A stretch of DNA of 63,219 bases from Chloroflexota bacterium. GTDB lineage: Bacteria; Chloroflexota; Limnocylindria; Limnocylindrales; CSP1-4. Shown in pieces: positions 52,673-60,833 of the stretch; the first letter of the stretch is position 1; each line of letters starts with the position of its first letter. The stretch covers positions 1-63,219 of the forward strand of contig JADGQK010000005.1 in NCBI GenBank assembly GCA_017881915.1. Reading direction: 5' to 3'. The notes beneath the pieces were generated by a model. That model did not search any database, was not told where the DNA came from, and saw only the letters and a program-made list of their open reading frames with translations. A program made the translations under genes and the position numbers.

Positions 52673-53236
52673 ATGCATGTCCTGGTTGCGTACGCGAGCC
52701 GGCACGGTGCCACCCAGGGGATCGCCGAACGGATCGCCGTGGCCCTGCGGGGGGCCGGCCTCGACGTCGAGGTCCGGCGGGCGTCCTCGGTCAAGAACCT
52801 GGCCGAGTACGACGCATTCGTGATCGGGAGTGCCGCCTACATGTTCCACTGGCTGAAGGACGGCCTGCAGCTCGTCCGCCGCAACCGGGCGATCCTGGCC
52901 GGCAAGCCCGTCTGGCTGTTCAGCAGCGGCCCACTCGGTACCGAGGCGATCGATGCCAAGGGCCGGGACCAGAAGGTCGCTGCAATGCCCAAGGAAATCG
53001 CCGAGCTCAACGAGGCCATCAAGATCCGTGACCATCGGGTCTTCTTCGGCGCCTACGAGCGGGATCGCAAGCCGATTGGGATCGCCGAGCGGTTCGTCGC
53101 GCTGATGCCGGCCGCCCGGGAGAGCCTCCCGGAGGGCGACTTCCGGGATTGGCCGGAGATCGATGCGTGGGCGGCCTGGATCGCCCGGGATCTCGAGCTG
53201 GCGGTCCGGGAGTCGGCCTCCGCGAACGCGTCCTAG
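52673..53236 (+). CDS. Flavodoxin-domain protein (HemG-like long flavodoxin)
   Basis: MHVLVAYASRHGATQGIAERIA…YDAFVIGSAAY….W. A GGAAGGAG SD is present. Confidence 0.75.
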   Translation: MHVLVAYASRHGATQGIAERIAVALRGAGLDVEVRRASSVKNLAEYDAFVIGSAAYMFHWLKDGLQLVRRNRAILAGKPVWLFSSGPLGTEAIDAKGRDQKVAAMPKEIAELNEAIKIRDHRVFFGAYERDRKPIGIAERFVALMPAARESLPEGDFRDWPEIDAWAAWIARDLELAVRESASANAS

Positions 53237-53288
53237 CTGCACAATGAGCTGACGACAAGCTGCCGACGCCCGACCAGAGGAGGACCGG

Positions 53289-53684
53289 ATGGCCTACGAC
53301 TTCGAGGTATCCGACGTGCTCCCGGCGACACCCGAGGCGATCTATGCGGCCTGGCTGACGAGTGACGGCCACAGCGCGATGACCGGCTCGCAGGCTCGGG
53401 TCGATGCCCGCGTTGGCGGGGAGTTCGAGGCGTGGGACGGCTATATCAGCGGTCGCACGCTCGCCCTCGAACCAGGGCGGCGGATCGTCCAGTCATGGAG
53501 GACGGCTGAGTTCTCGGCGGCCGACGAGGATTCCCGGATCGAGGTGCTACTGGAGCCGCTGGCTGGGGGAACGAGGATCACGCTCCGGCACACGAACGTG
53601 CCCAACGACCAGCGTGGCTACGAACAGGGCGGCTGGCAGGAGAACTACTTCGACCCGATGCGCGCGTACTTTCGCGGGCGCTGA
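53289..53684 (+). CDS. SRPBCC superfamily protein (AHSA1 / Aha1-like)
   Basis: …PATPEAIYAAWL…H.AMTG…GG.F.AWDGYI.G..L.LEPG.RIVQSWR…T..H….GW…YF.PM is typical of AHSA1-domain proteins. Confidence 0.8.
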   Translation: MAYDFEVSDVLPATPEAIYAAWLTSDGHSAMTGSQARVDARVGGEFEAWDGYISGRTLALEPGRRIVQSWRTAEFSAADEDSRIEVLLEPLAGGTRITLRHTNVPNDQRGYEQGGWQENYFDPMRAYFRGR

Positions 53685-53936
53685 CGGCGTGCGGACTTGA
53701 TGTGCTGACGCCGGCCATCCCCGACGGGCCCCTGAGCGCGGCGGGGATCTTCGTCGACAGGGGTACCCCGCGACCCGGTACCACTGCGTGGCGTTCGGGC
53801 CGTGGGGCGACGCCCAACATGGGTCCATGACCCTGCGCGATGCGCTTCGACCACACCGGGTCCGCCCCGGCATGCTCCGAATCAGCGGGGCGATCGTGCG
53901 GCCGCGCCGTCGGAACCCACCCAGCGCCCGCGCCTG

Positions 53937-54482
53937 ATGTTCATCCTGTACGCGATCGTCATCGGGCTCGTCGCCGGACTGATCGTCGGCGGGCGGCCCG
54001 CGGGGATCGGCGCGATCCGGTTTCGGTGGGGCTGGCTGGCCGTCCTGGGCTTCGGGCTCCAGGTCATCCTGTTCTCGGCCCCGGTCACAGAGCGGATCGG
54101 TTCGTTCGGCGTTCCGCTCTACGTCGGCTCGACCGCACTGGTACTCGCCGCGCTCGTCCGCAATATCTCCGTGCCCGGCCTGTGGATCGTGACCCTGGGT
54201 GCCCTTGCGAACATGTCCGCGATCGCCACCAATGGGGGCTACATGCCGGCAGCTCCGGGCGCCCTCGCGGTCCTCGGCCGAGGGCAGGAGACGGTCTATT
54301 CGAACAGCGCGGTCCTGGCCCATCCGGCTCTCGAACCGCTGACCGACATCTTCGCAATCCCGCGCGGCATCCCCTTCGCCAACGTGTTCAGCGTTGGCGA
54401 CGTGCTCATCGGGCTGGGGATCGCCGTCGCGATCGTGGTGGCGATGAAACGGGCAACCGGCGCGGATCGGGTGCAGTCCTAA
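53937..54482 (+). CDS. DUF5317-like integral membrane protein
   Basis: The 181-aa product has 4-5 TM segments (MFILYAIVIGLVAGLIVGG…ANMSAIATNGGYMP…FSVGDVLIGLG). The start is set at the Met that begins the first TM helix. Confidence 0.65.
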   Translation: MFILYAIVIGLVAGLIVGGRPAGIGAIRFRWGWLAVLGFGLQVILFSAPVTERIGSFGVPLYVGSTALVLAALVRNISVPGLWIVTLGALANMSAIATNGGYMPAAPGALAVLGRGQETVYSNSAVLAHPALEPLTDIFAIPRGIPFANVFSVGDVLIGLGIAVAIVVAMKRATGADRVQS

Positions 54483-54513
54483 CCGAGCAGGCGTTCCGCA
54501 GCTCTAACGAGGC

Positions 54514-54572
54514 ACGCGGACGGAATCGGACAGGTGACCCCCCCCCTGACTTCCGCCCGATTCCGTCCGCGT
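54514..54572. terminator. Long stem-loop between convergent genes (candidate bidirectional terminator) with a C9 tract in the loop
   Basis: ACGCGGACGGAATCGG (54514-54529) pairs perfectly with CCGATTCCGTCCGCGT (54557-54572), giving a 16-bp stem. The 27-nt loop contains nine consecutive C. It lies between the DUF5317 gene stop and the XRE-TPR gene stop. Confidence 0.5.
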
Positions 54573-55876
54573 CACGGTGTCTTCAGCGCCAGTGCCTCGC
54601 GCGTGAGCTCATAGGCCCGCTGGACCTCGCCCTGGTCGGCGAGCAGGTCGGCCCATTCGGTCAGCACGGATCGAAGTTGTGAAGGGCGCTCACGTTCTCG
54701 AGCTCGTAGCGCGGCCTGTTCGAGGGAGACCCGGGCCCCGCTCGGGTCACCCAACTGACGCTGCGCTCGGGCCAGCGTCAGGCTAGAGCTGATGAAGGCC
54801 TTGTGGTTGCCGGTGGCCTGCGCCAGACGCCTGGCGTCATCGGCGAGGCGCGCGGATTCCGTCAGCGAGCCCGCAGCGAGTTCGATCTGCGCCGACGTTT
54901 CGACCACGTGGGCGCGCCAAAACTCCTCGCCGAGGCGCCGAAAGCGCTCGTCGGCGAGGGCCGCATGGCCGCGGGCGCGTTCTATCGAGCCGAGTGCAAG
55001 ATGGGTCAGCGCCAGCTCGTTCTCGAGGACGGCGATCTCCCTGTCGCCCTCCACTGCCTGGAACCGGGCCAGGGCCTGGTTGGCCAGCCCGATCGCCGCC
55101 TCGAGGTCCCCGCTTTCCCTGTAGCCAATGGCCAGCGACGTAAGGAACGTCGCCTGGCGGCGATCATCGAGGTCTCCGACGAGCGCTCGTGCCTCGTCGA
55201 GATAGGTCAGTGATCGCGCCGGCTCCCCCGCAAACGAGTCGACCGTCGCGAGGGCAATGAGGAGCCGAAGCGCGAATCCCGGTTCGACCGCCAGACCTGC
55301 CCGGAGCTGGTCCAGAAGCGTACGGAAGATCGATCGAGCCTCGCTGTCATTGCCTTGCTGCAGGAGGGCGTAGCCCTGCCAGTAGCGTGCCCCAAAGGCA
55401 TCGGACACCCGTCCGAGGGCATCAAAGGCCGCGGCAGCGGACGTCGCGGAGCGAAGGGCCTCCGCTGATCGCTCCAGCCGGCACGACGCCTCCGCCAGGC
55501 CACGCTCGAGCTCGGCTCGGCGCAGGGCGGCGGTTTCGCCCTCGAGTAGCGTCGCATAGGCATCGGCTGCGGCCGCCCAGTCGCCACTGGCGAGTCGAAG
55601 ATCGGCCTCGAGCCGCGTCCAGGTCGGCAGGTTGCCATCGACGAGGCTGGCCGTGCTCACGCCAAGGCGTCCGGCGAAGAAGTTCAGGGCAGCCATCGAC
55701 GGCTTGGCGAGGCCCTTTTCAAGAGCGCTGACGTACGCCTTCGTGTAGCGCCCCTCGGCCAGCTTGCTCTGGGTCAGGCCAGCCCGCACCCGCTGCGCGC
55801 GCAGGCGTGCGCCGATGTCGCGCGCCAGTCCGACGTCGAGCTGGGCCCGGGACAGGGTGCGCGGCTTTGTCTCCAT
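54572..55876 (-). CDS. XRE-family HTH transcriptional regulator with a long TPR domain
   Basis: The HTH is IGARLRAQRVRAGLTQSKLAEGRYTKAYVSALEKGLAKPSMAALNFFAGRLGV, followed by about 350 aa of TPR-like repeats (recurrent A..Y…AL…G….A pattern). The start is set at METKPRT (55876). Confidence 0.8.
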   Translation of the reverse strand: METKPRTLSRAQLDVGLARDIGARLRAQRVRAGLTQSKLAEGRYTKAYVSALEKGLAKPSMAALNFFAGRLGVSTASLVDGNLPTWTRLEADLRLASGDWAAAADAYATLLEGETAALRRAELERGLAEASCRLERSAEALRSATSAAAAFDALGRVSDAFGARYWQGYALLQQGNDSEARSIFRTLLDQLRAGLAVEPGFALRLLIALATVDSFAGEPARSLTYLDEARALVGDLDDRRQATFLTSLAIGYRESGDLEAAIGLANQALARFQAVEGDREIAVLENELALTHLALGSIERARGHAALADERFRRLGEEFWRAHVVETSAQIELAAGSLTESARLADDARRLAQATGNHKAFISSSLTLARAQRQLGDPSGARVSLEQAALRARERERPSQLRSVLTEWADLLADQGEVQRAYELTREALALKTP

Positions 55877-56153
55877 GGGTGGGAGTGTACCCGATGGGTG
55901 CATCCGACTTGACTCCGGCGATGAGGTCCGCGGGGTCGAGTCCGAGCCGCTCGGCGATGGCAAACAGGCTGGCCAGCGAGGGCGCGATCTGCCCGTGCTC
56001 GACCTGCGAGACGAACGAGCGCGTTCGAGGCGAACCGAGGGCTGCCTGGCTGAGCCCCGAGGCGACCCGCCGCGCACGAATTCGTTCGCCGATGGCCAGC
56101 CTCGCCAGCGGCCCGAGGAAGTCGCCGTCGGCATGTTTAGGAATACTTGACAT
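55719..56153 (-). CDS. Small XRE-family HTH protein (3' part overlaps the downstream regulator out of frame; possibly frameshifted)
   Basis: The first roughly 85 aa are HTH-like: IGERIRARRVASGLSQAALGSPRTRSFVSQVEHGQIAPSLASLFAIAERLGLDPADLI. The remaining roughly 55 aa are Arg/Pro-rich and overlap gene 54572..55876 by 158 nt. Confidence 0.5.
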   Translation of the reverse strand: MSSIPKHADGDFLGPLARLAIGERIRARRVASGLSQAALGSPRTRSFVSQVEHGQIAPSLASLFAIAERLGLDPADLIAGVKSDAPIGYTPTHGDKAAHPVPGPARRRTGARHRRTPARAAGAGWPDPEQAGRGALHEGVRQRS

Positions 56154-56226
56154 CTCTTCCTGCGAACCTTAGCATCCGGGGCGGAGATCGTGCCACGGGC
56201 GAACGGCGAGAAGGGAGCTATCCCAG

Positions 56227-56352
56227 ATGCGTCGTTCCCGTTTCGTTCAATTGCGTCCGACCATTCTTGCGACGATGTTTGCGCTCTTGAGCGCCCTGGT
56301 CGTCGCCGGAGTCGCGCTCGCTGATGGTGGGGCTGGCCCGCTACCGCACTGA
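56227..56352 (+). CDS. 41-codon ORF encoding a putative secreted pro-peptide
   Basis: The product is MRRSRFVQLRPTILATMFALLSALVVAGVALA|DGGAGPLPH*. It has a basic n-region, a hydrophobic core and an AxA-type (ALA) cleavage site that would leave a 9-aa tail. A GGGAG SD lies 9 nt upstream. It is too short for the ORF track. GC3 is only about 60%, atypical for this genome. Confidence 0.35.
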   Translation: MRRSRFVQLRPTILATMFALLSALVVAGVALADGGAGPLPH

Positions 56353-56536
56353 CGAGCTGCAGGAATCCACCAGGAAGTCCGATCGAGCGCCGTTCGCCCG
56401 TTAGCCCCTTCGAAATCCGGCTGCCGACTCATCCTCGACGCCGGTCACGTCGCCCGCAGTGGGGGCGATCATGGTGTGCTTATACTTGATCTCGTGATGA
56501 GCCGAGCGTGCCGGGCTGATCCTTCGGACTTGCGGA

Positions 56537-57247
56537 ATGTCTGACATGCCCCTCGCCGGAATCCTGCGGCGCTTCGAATCTCCTGCCCTCGCCGGTACCT
56601 CCTTCAGCAGATTGCCCACGGCGGAGCAGGACGTCCTCCTCGAGTCTGGGTCACTGATCGAGGTTCCTCGACGCCGGGTCATCTTCAGCTCGAGCGGCCC
56701 ACCGCGGGTCGGGTTTGTCGTGGCCGGACTTGCCCGCACCTGCCTCGAGGCTCGTGACGGCCGAAGGCTCACGGTTCGCTTCGCCCTTGAAGGCGAGATC
56801 GTCGGTGATATCCCCGGAGATCCGGCCGTGCGCGCACCACTCAGCGTTGCTGCCGTCACCGACTGCACGATCCTCGAGGTCGACATCGACACCCTGTCTC
56901 GGTTCGTCGCGGCCGATCCACGAGTCGGCGCCGCTCTCGCCGTCGAGATCGCGATGCGACTTCAGGATACGTACGCAACCCTCGCCGCGAGCAGCCTGGG
57001 CTCGATCCAGGAGCGGGTCGCGTGGCGCCTGCTCGATCTCGCCTTCGAGGCGCCGGCGGACGGAGGACTGATCGTCACGCTGACGGAGCAACAGCTCGTC
57101 GACGGCATCGGGACGGCGAACGAGGCCGCTCCTGTGCTTCGAGAGCTCCGGATCGCCGGGATCGTGGTCGCGACGGCGGGCCAGCTCGAGATCGCCGATC
57201 CGGTCCGCCTGGCAGCCATTGCCGGCCGGCGAATCGGCTCCGGGTAG
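56537..57247 (+). CDS. Crp/Fnr family transcriptional regulator
   Basis: An N-terminal cNMP-binding-like beta-barrel (…RRRVIFSSSGPPRVGFVVAGLART…DGRRLTVRFA.EGEIVG) is followed by a C-terminal HTH (LTEQQLVDGIGTANEAAPVLRELRIAGIV). Confidence 0.8.
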   Translation: MSDMPLAGILRRFESPALAGTSFSRLPTAEQDVLLESGSLIEVPRRRVIFSSSGPPRVGFVVAGLARTCLEARDGRRLTVRFALEGEIVGDIPGDPAVRAPLSVAAVTDCTILEVDIDTLSRFVAADPRVGAALAVEIAMRLQDTYATLAASSLGSIQERVAWRLLDLAFEAPADGGLIVTLTEQQLVDGIGTANEAAPVLRELRIAGIVVATAGQLEIADPVRLAAIAGRRIGSG

Positions 57248-57331
57248 GAGCACCCGCGGGACGGCCCGACCGGGCTGACCGATCCGGTCCATGGCCAGGC
57301 CCGTACCCATGCCATGACGCAGCCAGGATCA

Positions 57332-57354
57332 GCCCAGCCGTCGCGCGGCTGGGC
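57332..57354. terminator. Stem-loop between convergent genes
   Basis: GCCCAGCCG-tcgcg-CGGCTGGGC forms a perfect 9-bp stem. It lies between the Crp gene stop (57247) and the ADH gene stop (57433). There is no U-tract. Confidence 0.4.
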
Positions 57355-57432
57355 ACTCGGCTTCCGGGCGCTCTATAGGGCGCTACTGCCGCCTGGAGCT
57401 GGACGTGGCTGGATAGCCTCGCACACCCACGG

Positions 57433-58446
57433 TCATTGGCGCGGGTCGACCTGAATCTTGGGGCCCAGGCCCGCCCCGTCGGGACGCCAACCCGACAGCA
57501 CCTCGCCGACCTGCTCGAGGCCAACCGTGGCCGCAACGAGTGGCCGCGGGTTCACGTCCCCGGCGGCGTAGTGCTCGATCGTGCCGGCGAGGCCGGCCGA
57601 GGCGCTCAGGATCCCGACCGCGGTGACGTCCTTGAGCGCGAGCGTCCGGGTATCGATCAGGCTGGGCGTGCCGGCCAGGCCGACATACACGATCCGCTTG
57701 CCGGGCTCCACGAGCTCCAGGGCTAGGGCGGGCAGTCCCTCGGCGTTCGATGCGTCGATCACCGCGTCCCAGGCCAGCCGAGGAATCTCGTCGGCCCGCC
57801 AGACGCCGCGGAACCCCAGCGTCCTGGCAAAGCCCAGCGAGCGTGGCGAGCGCCCCACGAGGTGGACCTCCGCGCCCTGGGCCACGGCGAACAGCGACGC
57901 GAGGAGTCCGATCGTTCCCGGCCCGAGAACGAGGACTCGATCGCCCGACGACAATGCCGCGGCCCGGACCGTGCGCAGCGCGTTTCCGCCCGGCTCCACC
58001 AGGGCGCCGGCCGCGTCGTCGACGCCATCAGGAAGGGCGTGGAGCGCGGTCACCGGTAGCGCCAGCTGTTCGGCCAGGGCGCCTGGAAAGCCGCCGCGGA
58101 TCCCAATCTCGAGGCGTTCCTCGCAGACGTGCTGGCGGCCGGTCAGGCAGCGCTGGCAACGGCCGCAGCCGAGCATCGTGTCGCCCGTCACCCGGCGGCC
58201 CAACCAGGCGGGATCGACGCCGTCACCCACCGCCGAGACCGCTCCACACCACTCGTGGCCGAGCCGCATCGGATAGCGCGCGTGACCCTGGTGCAGGTAG
58301 GCCATCTCGCCGGTGAAGAACTCGATGTCCGTGCCGCACACCCCGACCCGGGCAACCTCGACCACGACCTGGCCGGCTTCAGGCCTGGGCGGCTCGACCT
58401 CCTGCACCGACGACTGGCGTGGTCCGCTGACGACAAAGGCCCGCAT
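57433..58446 (-). CDS. Zinc-dependent alcohol/polyol dehydrogenase (MDR family)
   Basis: VGVCGTDIEF…LGHEWCG carries the catalytic Zn motif, C..C..C…C the structural Zn motif, and VLVLGPGTIG the Rossmann motif. Confidence 0.9.
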   Translation of the reverse strand: MRAFVVSGPRQSSVQEVEPPRPEAGQVVVEVARVGVCGTDIEFFTGEMAYLHQGHARYPMRLGHEWCGAVSAVGDGVDPAWLGRRVTGDTMLGCGRCQRCLTGRQHVCEERLEIGIRGGFPGALAEQLALPVTALHALPDGVDDAAGALVEPGGNALRTVRAAALSSGDRVLVLGPGTIGLLASLFAVAQGAEVHLVGRSPRSLGFARTLGFRGVWRADEIPRLAWDAVIDASNAEGLPALALELVEPGKRIVYVGLAGTPSLIDTRTLALKDVTAVGILSASAGLAGTIEHYAAGDVNPRPLVAATVGLEQVGEVLSGWRPDGAGLGPKIQVDPRQ

Positions 58447-58459
58447 CAGGACGCCCGCA

Positions 58460-60241
58460 TCAGTGGGATTCGCGCGAAACCTGATCGCCGCTCGATCCGA
58501 CGAGGAAGTCCAGGTCGGCGCCGGTGTCGGCCTGGCGCACCGTGTTCACGTACAGGCGTTCCCAGCCGCGCGTCGGCGCAGCGTAGGCAGCCACCGTGGC
58601 CTCGGCCGGAACGCGCCGGCTCAACTCATCGTCACTGATGTCCAGGTCAAGACGCCGCCCTTCGACGTCGAGGGTGATGTAGTCCCCCGTCCGGACCAGG
58701 CCGAGCGGTCCACCCGCCGCGGCTTCCGGGGTGACGTGCAGGACGACCGTGCCGTAGGCGGTCCCGCTCATCCGCCCATCGCACACCCGGACCATGTCCC
58801 GGATGCCCTGCTGCAGCAGCTTTGTGGGCAGCGGCAGGTTGGCGACCTCGGGCATCCCCGGGTAGCCGCGCGGCCCGCAGCCGCGCAGCACGAGCACGGA
58901 ATCGGCATCCGCGTCGAGGTCGGGATCGTCGATCCGGGCGCGCAGGTCCTCGATCGAGTCGAAGACCATCGCCCGACCCCGGTGTTGGAGCAGGTGCGGA
59001 GACGCGGCGGCCGGCTTGATGACCGCCCCCGTGGGCGCAAGGTTGCCGTACAGGACGGCGATCCCGGCATGCGCCTGGAGCGGCTCGGCGCGGACCCGGA
59101 TGACCTCGGGGTCCCAGATCCTGGCGTCGTCGAGGTAGTCGACCAGCGGCTTGCCGGTCACGGTCAGCGCGGCCGGGTCAAGCAGATCACGGACCTCGCG
59201 CAAGACCGCCAGCAATCCACCCGCCCGGTACAGATCGTCCATCAGGAACCGGCCGGCGGGCTGGAGGTCGACCAGCAGGGGGACGCCGGCTCCCGTTCGG
59301 TCGAAGTCGTCCAGGGTCAATTCGATCCCGAGCCGCCCGGCGATTGCGAGCAGGTGGACGACGGCGTTGGTCGACCCGCCCACGGCGGCGAGGGCGACGA
59401 TCGCATTGAGGAACGAGCCGCGGGTCAGGATGGTGCTCGGTCGCCGGCCCTGCTCAACGAGCTCGACCGCGAGCCGGCCGGTGTCGTGGGCCGCCTCCAG
59501 CAGGCGACTGTCGGGCGCCGGGGTGCCCGCCAACCCGGGAATCGTGGTGCCCAGTGCCTCGGCGACCACGGCCATCGTGGATGCGGTGCCCATCGTGTTG
59601 CAATGCCCACGGCTGCGGATCATCGAAGACTCGGACGTCAGGAAGTCCCGCTCCGAGAGCGTTCCGGCGCGAACCTCTTCGGACAGGCGCCAGACGTCGG
59701 TGCCGCAGCCGAGGGCCGCTCCCCGGAACGTGCCGGTCAGCATCGGCCCACCGGGGATCACGACGGCCGGGAGGTCGACCGAGGCCGCGGCCATCAACAG
59801 CGCCGGGATCGTCTTGTCGCAACCGCCGAGCAGGACCACGCCGTCGATCGGATTGGCCCGGAGCATCTCCTCGGTGGCCATCGCGGCCATGTTTCGCCAG
59901 AGCATTGCCGTCGGCCGGACCTGGGTCTCGCCCAGCGACACGACCGGCAGGTTCAGCGGGATGCCGCCCGCCTCGTAGACCCCCTGCTTGACGCTCTCGG
60001 CGACCTCGTCGAGGTGGGCGTTGCAGGGGTTCAGGTCAGACGCGGTATTCGCGATCGCGATGTGCGGACGCCCATCGAATGCATGGGCAGGCAACCCCCG
60101 CCGCATCCACGCCCGATGGATGTAGGCATTCCGGTCCGTGCCGGCGTACCACTGCGAGCTGCGCCGTTCTCCCACCGACCTAGGATGCCACGCGGCCGAT
60201 GCCGACGCGGTCGCGGGCCGCCGTGGAGGTCGCCCCGTCAC
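58460..60241 (-). CDS. IlvD/Edd family dehydratase (sugar-acid / dihydroxy-acid dehydratase)
   Basis: …SSQWYAGTDRNAYIHRAWMRRGLP…FDGRPHIAIANT.SDLNPCN.HL…LLGGCDKT.PA…GHCNTMGTASTM…GGSTNAVVHL…ALITDGRMSG-like (VCDGRMSGTAYG). The conserved N-terminus begins near the GTG at 60175, so the real start may be there. Confidence 0.85.
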   Translation of the reverse strand: MTGRPPRRPATASASAAWHPRSVGERRSSQWYAGTDRNAYIHRAWMRRGLPAHAFDGRPHIAIANTASDLNPCNAHLDEVAESVKQGVYEAGGIPLNLPVVSLGETQVRPTAMLWRNMAAMATEEMLRANPIDGVVLLGGCDKTIPALLMAAASVDLPAVVIPGGPMLTGTFRGAALGCGTDVWRLSEEVRAGTLSERDFLTSESSMIRSRGHCNTMGTASTMAVVAEALGTTIPGLAGTPAPDSRLLEAAHDTGRLAVELVEQGRRPSTILTRGSFLNAIVALAAVGGSTNAVVHLLAIAGRLGIELTLDDFDRTGAGVPLLVDLQPAGRFLMDDLYRAGGLLAVLREVRDLLDPAALTVTGKPLVDYLDDARIWDPEVIRVRAEPLQAHAGIAVLYGNLAPTGAVIKPAAASPHLLQHRGRAMVFDSIEDLRARIDDPDLDADADSVLVLRGCGPRGYPGMPEVANLPLPTKLLQQGIRDMVRVCDGRMSGTAYGTVVLHVTPEAAAGGPLGLVRTGDYITLDVEGRRLDLDISDDELSRRVPAEATVAAYAAPTRGWERLYVNTVRQADTGADLDFLVGSSGDQVSRESH

Positions 60242-60274
60242 GGTTGTACAGGACCCACTTCCTGCGCTGGTAGG

Positions 60275-60715
60275 TCAGACGGCCATCCCCTGGTCGGCGA
60301 GCGCGGCGGTCACCGCCGCCACCAGGTCCTCGGGGCTCGGATCGCCCGCCAGTGACGTGACCCGCAGGGGGCCCTCCGTCTCGACCCACGCGAGGCTCTC
60401 GTCGACGGAGGTCAGCACGAGCGGCAGGTCGGCGTACGTCTCGCGCAGCTCCGCGACGAGCTGGCGGCCGGCGTCACCGCTGCCGGCGACCCAGGCATCG
60501 TAGATGAGCACGTCGGCGCGGTCGACGATCGGGCAAGGCAGGCCGCCGACGACCGGACAGGCCTCCTGCTGCGGGCCGCCGCAGGTTTCGACGTCATAGC
60601 CGGCCGCCCGCAGTACCTCGGCCTGGCGGCTGGCGGTGGCCGGATCGCGGTTGACCAGGGCGGCCCGCGGCCGGGTCGCTCGCGCTGGGGTCGGGTGCGG
60701 GTTCGTCGCGGTCAT
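60275..60715 (-). CDS. Hypothetical protein with a degenerate receiver (CheY-like) layout and a Cys-containing insert
   Basis: AALVNRDPATASRQAEVLRAAGYDVETC… DVLIYDAWVAGSGDAGRQLVAELRE…PLVLTS follows the REC beta-alpha pattern, but the N-terminal acidic pair is N-R-D. An insert, CGGPQQEACPVVGGLPCP, carries 3 Cys. Confidence 0.45.
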   Translation of the reverse strand: MTATNPHPTPARATRPRAALVNRDPATASRQAEVLRAAGYDVETCGGPQQEACPVVGGLPCPIVDRADVLIYDAWVAGSGDAGRQLVAELRETYADLPLVLTSVDESLAWVETEGPLRVTSLAGDPSPEDLVAAVTAALADQGMAV

Positions 60716-60833
60716 CGTTGGTCACCCTGTGCGTCGATCCGGGTCGCCTCGCAGGCGCGAGCCTGCCCCTAGGCTAGCGCAGCGATGACCCGATGGTATA
60801 TGCCCTTGGAAGGGCCAACCCTCCTCGGGTCGA

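Noticed and set aside
52409-53242. The N-terminal 278 aa of the 667-aa track ORF 51239..53242.
   Set aside because: GcvT-family homology begins only at MAVVPP (52408), which has a GGAGG SD. The upstream part is Arg/Pro-rich and overlaps, in antisense, the well-supported flavodoxin-like gene at 52673-53236.
58313-60355. A 680-aa plus-strand ORF.
   Set aside because: It is antisense to the IlvD/Edd dehydratase, whose conserved blocks are unambiguous. Its composition is Arg/Gly/Pro/Asp-rich with no motifs.
60802-60815. The hairpin GCCCT-TGGA-AGGGC downstream of the flippase gene, considered as a terminator.
   Set aside because: The stem is only 5 bp, and the A/U-rich tail on the minus strand is weak. 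The support is insufficient.
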